Positions 60,728-64,000 of a stretch of 64,000 nucleotides of DNA are shown here, in pieces. The notes below the pieces were generated by a model, which ran no database searches, had not been told where the DNA came from, and saw only the letters and a program-made list of their open reading frames with translations. Both the position numbers and the translations under genes were made by a program. This stretch comes from the human T2T-CHM13v2.0 reference genome, Homo sapiens. The stretch lies in NCBI RefSeq assembly GCF_009914755.1, contig NC_060927.1. One strand, 5' to 3'. Positions within the stretch are counted from its first letter, which is position 1; every line of letters starts with the position of its first letter.

Positions 60728-61276
60728 ACAAGGAACATTTAAGGAAATTTGTAATGCAATCGCAAGTCTGGTGGGTAGGTGGTAGCATTATTACTGTTTT
60801 TCAAATGCAGATATTAAGAGATTTTGATTTGTCCAAGATGTTCTGCAGCATGTTATTGGTAGGACCAGGATGTGATCCCAAGTCTGCTGACCCAAGATCT
60901 CATGCTGTTTCCACTTTAATAGGCAGATGACCATGTATCATGAATGCTATAGAGGAAATACCCATATGTGGGGAGGAACTTAGACTGTGTATGATTGTCA
61001 GTTTCTTCTCTGATTTTGAAAATCTTTGATTTTCTGAAGATTGAAATTTCACCTCATTCACTTGTTCACTACTTCTTTGAAGACTTTTCCCAACCTATTG
61101 TCCAATTAAATATGTTTGTCTTTAAATCTTCTTTCTGTTTTCCCCCGTATTATCTCATAGTTTCTAGAACGTCTTGTTCTGTCTCTTTAGATTCCAATGT
61201 TTTACAGTCCCATGCCTGCTCTTAATGGCTTCTTCTACTGTATTTTCAGGAAGCCAAAAATCCTAATAAATTTCTG

Positions 61277-61585
61277 CCAGGCGCGGTGGCTCATGTCTGT
61301 AATCCCAGCACTTTGGGAGGCCGAGGCAGGCAGATCACTTGAGCCCAGGAGTTTGAGGCCAATCTGGGCAACATGGTGAAACCCTGTCTCTACAATAAAT
61401 GTAAAAATTAGCTGGATGTGGTGTCGTGTGCTTGTCATGCCAACTACTGGGTGGGGTGGGGACGGGGGCGGCTGAGGTGATCACTTGAGCCCAGGAGGTC
61501 AAGGCTGCAGTGAGCCGTGATCACGCCACTGCACTCCAGCCTGCGTGACAGCGAGAACTTGTCTCAAAAAAACAAAAACAAAAAC
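61277..61585 (+). mobile_element. AluJ with G-run expansion
   Basis: Dimer containing GGGTGGGGTGGGGACGGGGGCGG. Confidence 0.85.
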
Positions 61586-62672
61586 TTACTTTACAGCTCC
61601 CTGTTCACTATATTTCATCCACATTGGTGTACACTTCTGCAAGTTGGAATCAGTTTCTCCTGTGCTCCCAAGGTGGTGTTTGCACCTCAATTGAGCATTT
61701 AAGTCATTTTGTTTTGCTATATAGCTATTTAAAGCTTCAAAAGCTCTGTAAACATATAATAAATGGAATTCCATTGACATTCAAGCCTTACGTATTTCCA
61801 GAGCTTCTTCGACTTATCCTGCCTCCCCTACTTTAATTCTGTTAAAGTAGTTGAACACCATTCTTCTCATAATAGTTCTCCCTCAATCTTCAGTGATTTC
61901 CTTGTGTTTATAGGATAAAGTCCACTTGTTATTTTGGCAGTCAGTTCAAGATCCACAAATCAGTCTTTACCCTTACATCCTTATTTCTCACTGCTGTTCT
62001 AATATAGTCTTTATACCAGTCAGGCTGGTCTGTTCACTATTCCTGAATGTTTTTCTCCATTCTTTTGTTATTGGCACCCCCGCTACCCTCTGCAGTGTCT
62101 TTGCTACCTTTCTTTTTCTACTGTGTGCAAATTCTACCTGACCTTCAAGGTATCTTCTCTAAACATTCTAATCTTTGAACTTTTAGTAAATAAGGGTATA
62201 TTATTTGGTACTTTATCACTTATTGATCTATGACTCTTTGTGGTTAATTTTGGACATTATTTAGCTTTTCATGTGTACATGTATTTCATCTCCCTCATTA
62301 AATTGGTAATAGTTATTAAGGTAGATCAGCAGTCACAAATAAACTTTCTCCTTTGGCATCTGTTACCAGTTTTCAATGTGAACTTGGATAGTTCCTGTTT
62401 TTTAAATTGTATATCAATAAACAAAGAGGTTGAAATGAATTTCTTAAACTATTCTGTGTGTTCCACTAAAAGAAAAAAGGAAAAACACTCATAGTTAAAA
62501 TTTAAAGATAGGTAATAAATAAATACTTTTAAAGAGTAAAATATATCATTTGTTACATTGTGAAAAGTGCTATGGTATAAAATAGGGAAGGAGGAAGGAT
62601 GTTGCAGTTTTAAATAAATGGACAGAGAAGCCTCATGGAGAAGGTGATGTTTGAGTAAAGATCTGAAGGAGT

Positions 62673-63775
<1,103 letters not shown>

Positions 63776-63951
63776 TTAAATTAAGAAAAGGAATTTTTTT
63801 ATTCTACTTTGAAGAAGTATAATAACTCAAGAATACACCAAAGATGAGAGTGGTCTCATCTTAGTGGACTACCTATATTTTGGGTCTTTTGCTTTACGGT
63901 TTATAATTATAACTTATTTATTTATTTATTTACTATAGGTAAACTAACATT

Positions 63952-64000
63952 ATGGATTTTTCCAAGCTACCCAAAATACTCGATGAAGATAAAGAAAGCA
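63952..64000 (+). CDS. ATP6V1A: ATP6V1A exon 2, start of V-ATPase catalytic subunit A (runs off window)
   Basis: Acceptor TAG at 63936-63938, exon starts 63939; ATG 63952 gives MDFSKLPKILDEDKES, the recognised ATP6V1A N-terminus. Confidence 0.92.
   Translation, partial: MDFSKLPKILDEDKES

Overview
Primate (human-like) Alu-rich genomic DNA with two head-to-head genes sharing a CpG-island promoter at ~30.7-32.6 kb. On the minus strand is the complete NAA50 gene (N-terminal acetyltransferase). Its five coding exons (31150-31143, 9295-9159, 8741-8622, 8172-8106, 7137-6960) splice to 510 nt = 169 aa + stop, followed by a 3' UTR of up to ~5.3 kb. On the plus strand is the 5' end of ATP6V1A (V-ATPase A subunit): a non-coding exon 1 ending at 32318, a 31.6-kb intron, and exon 2 with ATG at 63952. 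NAA50 intron 1 holds a sense-oriented DBT processed pseudogene (25937-26487). It appears to be copied from an intronically polyadenylated DBT mRNA whose 3' tail has no stop codon, and it supplies a splice donor for a candidate NAA50 poison exon. Other notable structures are a 416-bp Alu-Alu recombination duplication with a chimeric middle Alu, a ~105-bp inverted templated insertion flanked by duplications, a NAGNAG acceptor in NAA50, a regenerated 5' splice site at the ATP6V1A exon1/exon2 junction, CLEAR/M-box motifs next to a C21 tract, a MADE1 hairpin and nested LTR/L1 elements. Gene and repeat names are from recognition, not database search, and repeat boundaries are approximate. No prokaryotic-type system is present, and most of the ORF track is repeat-derived noise.
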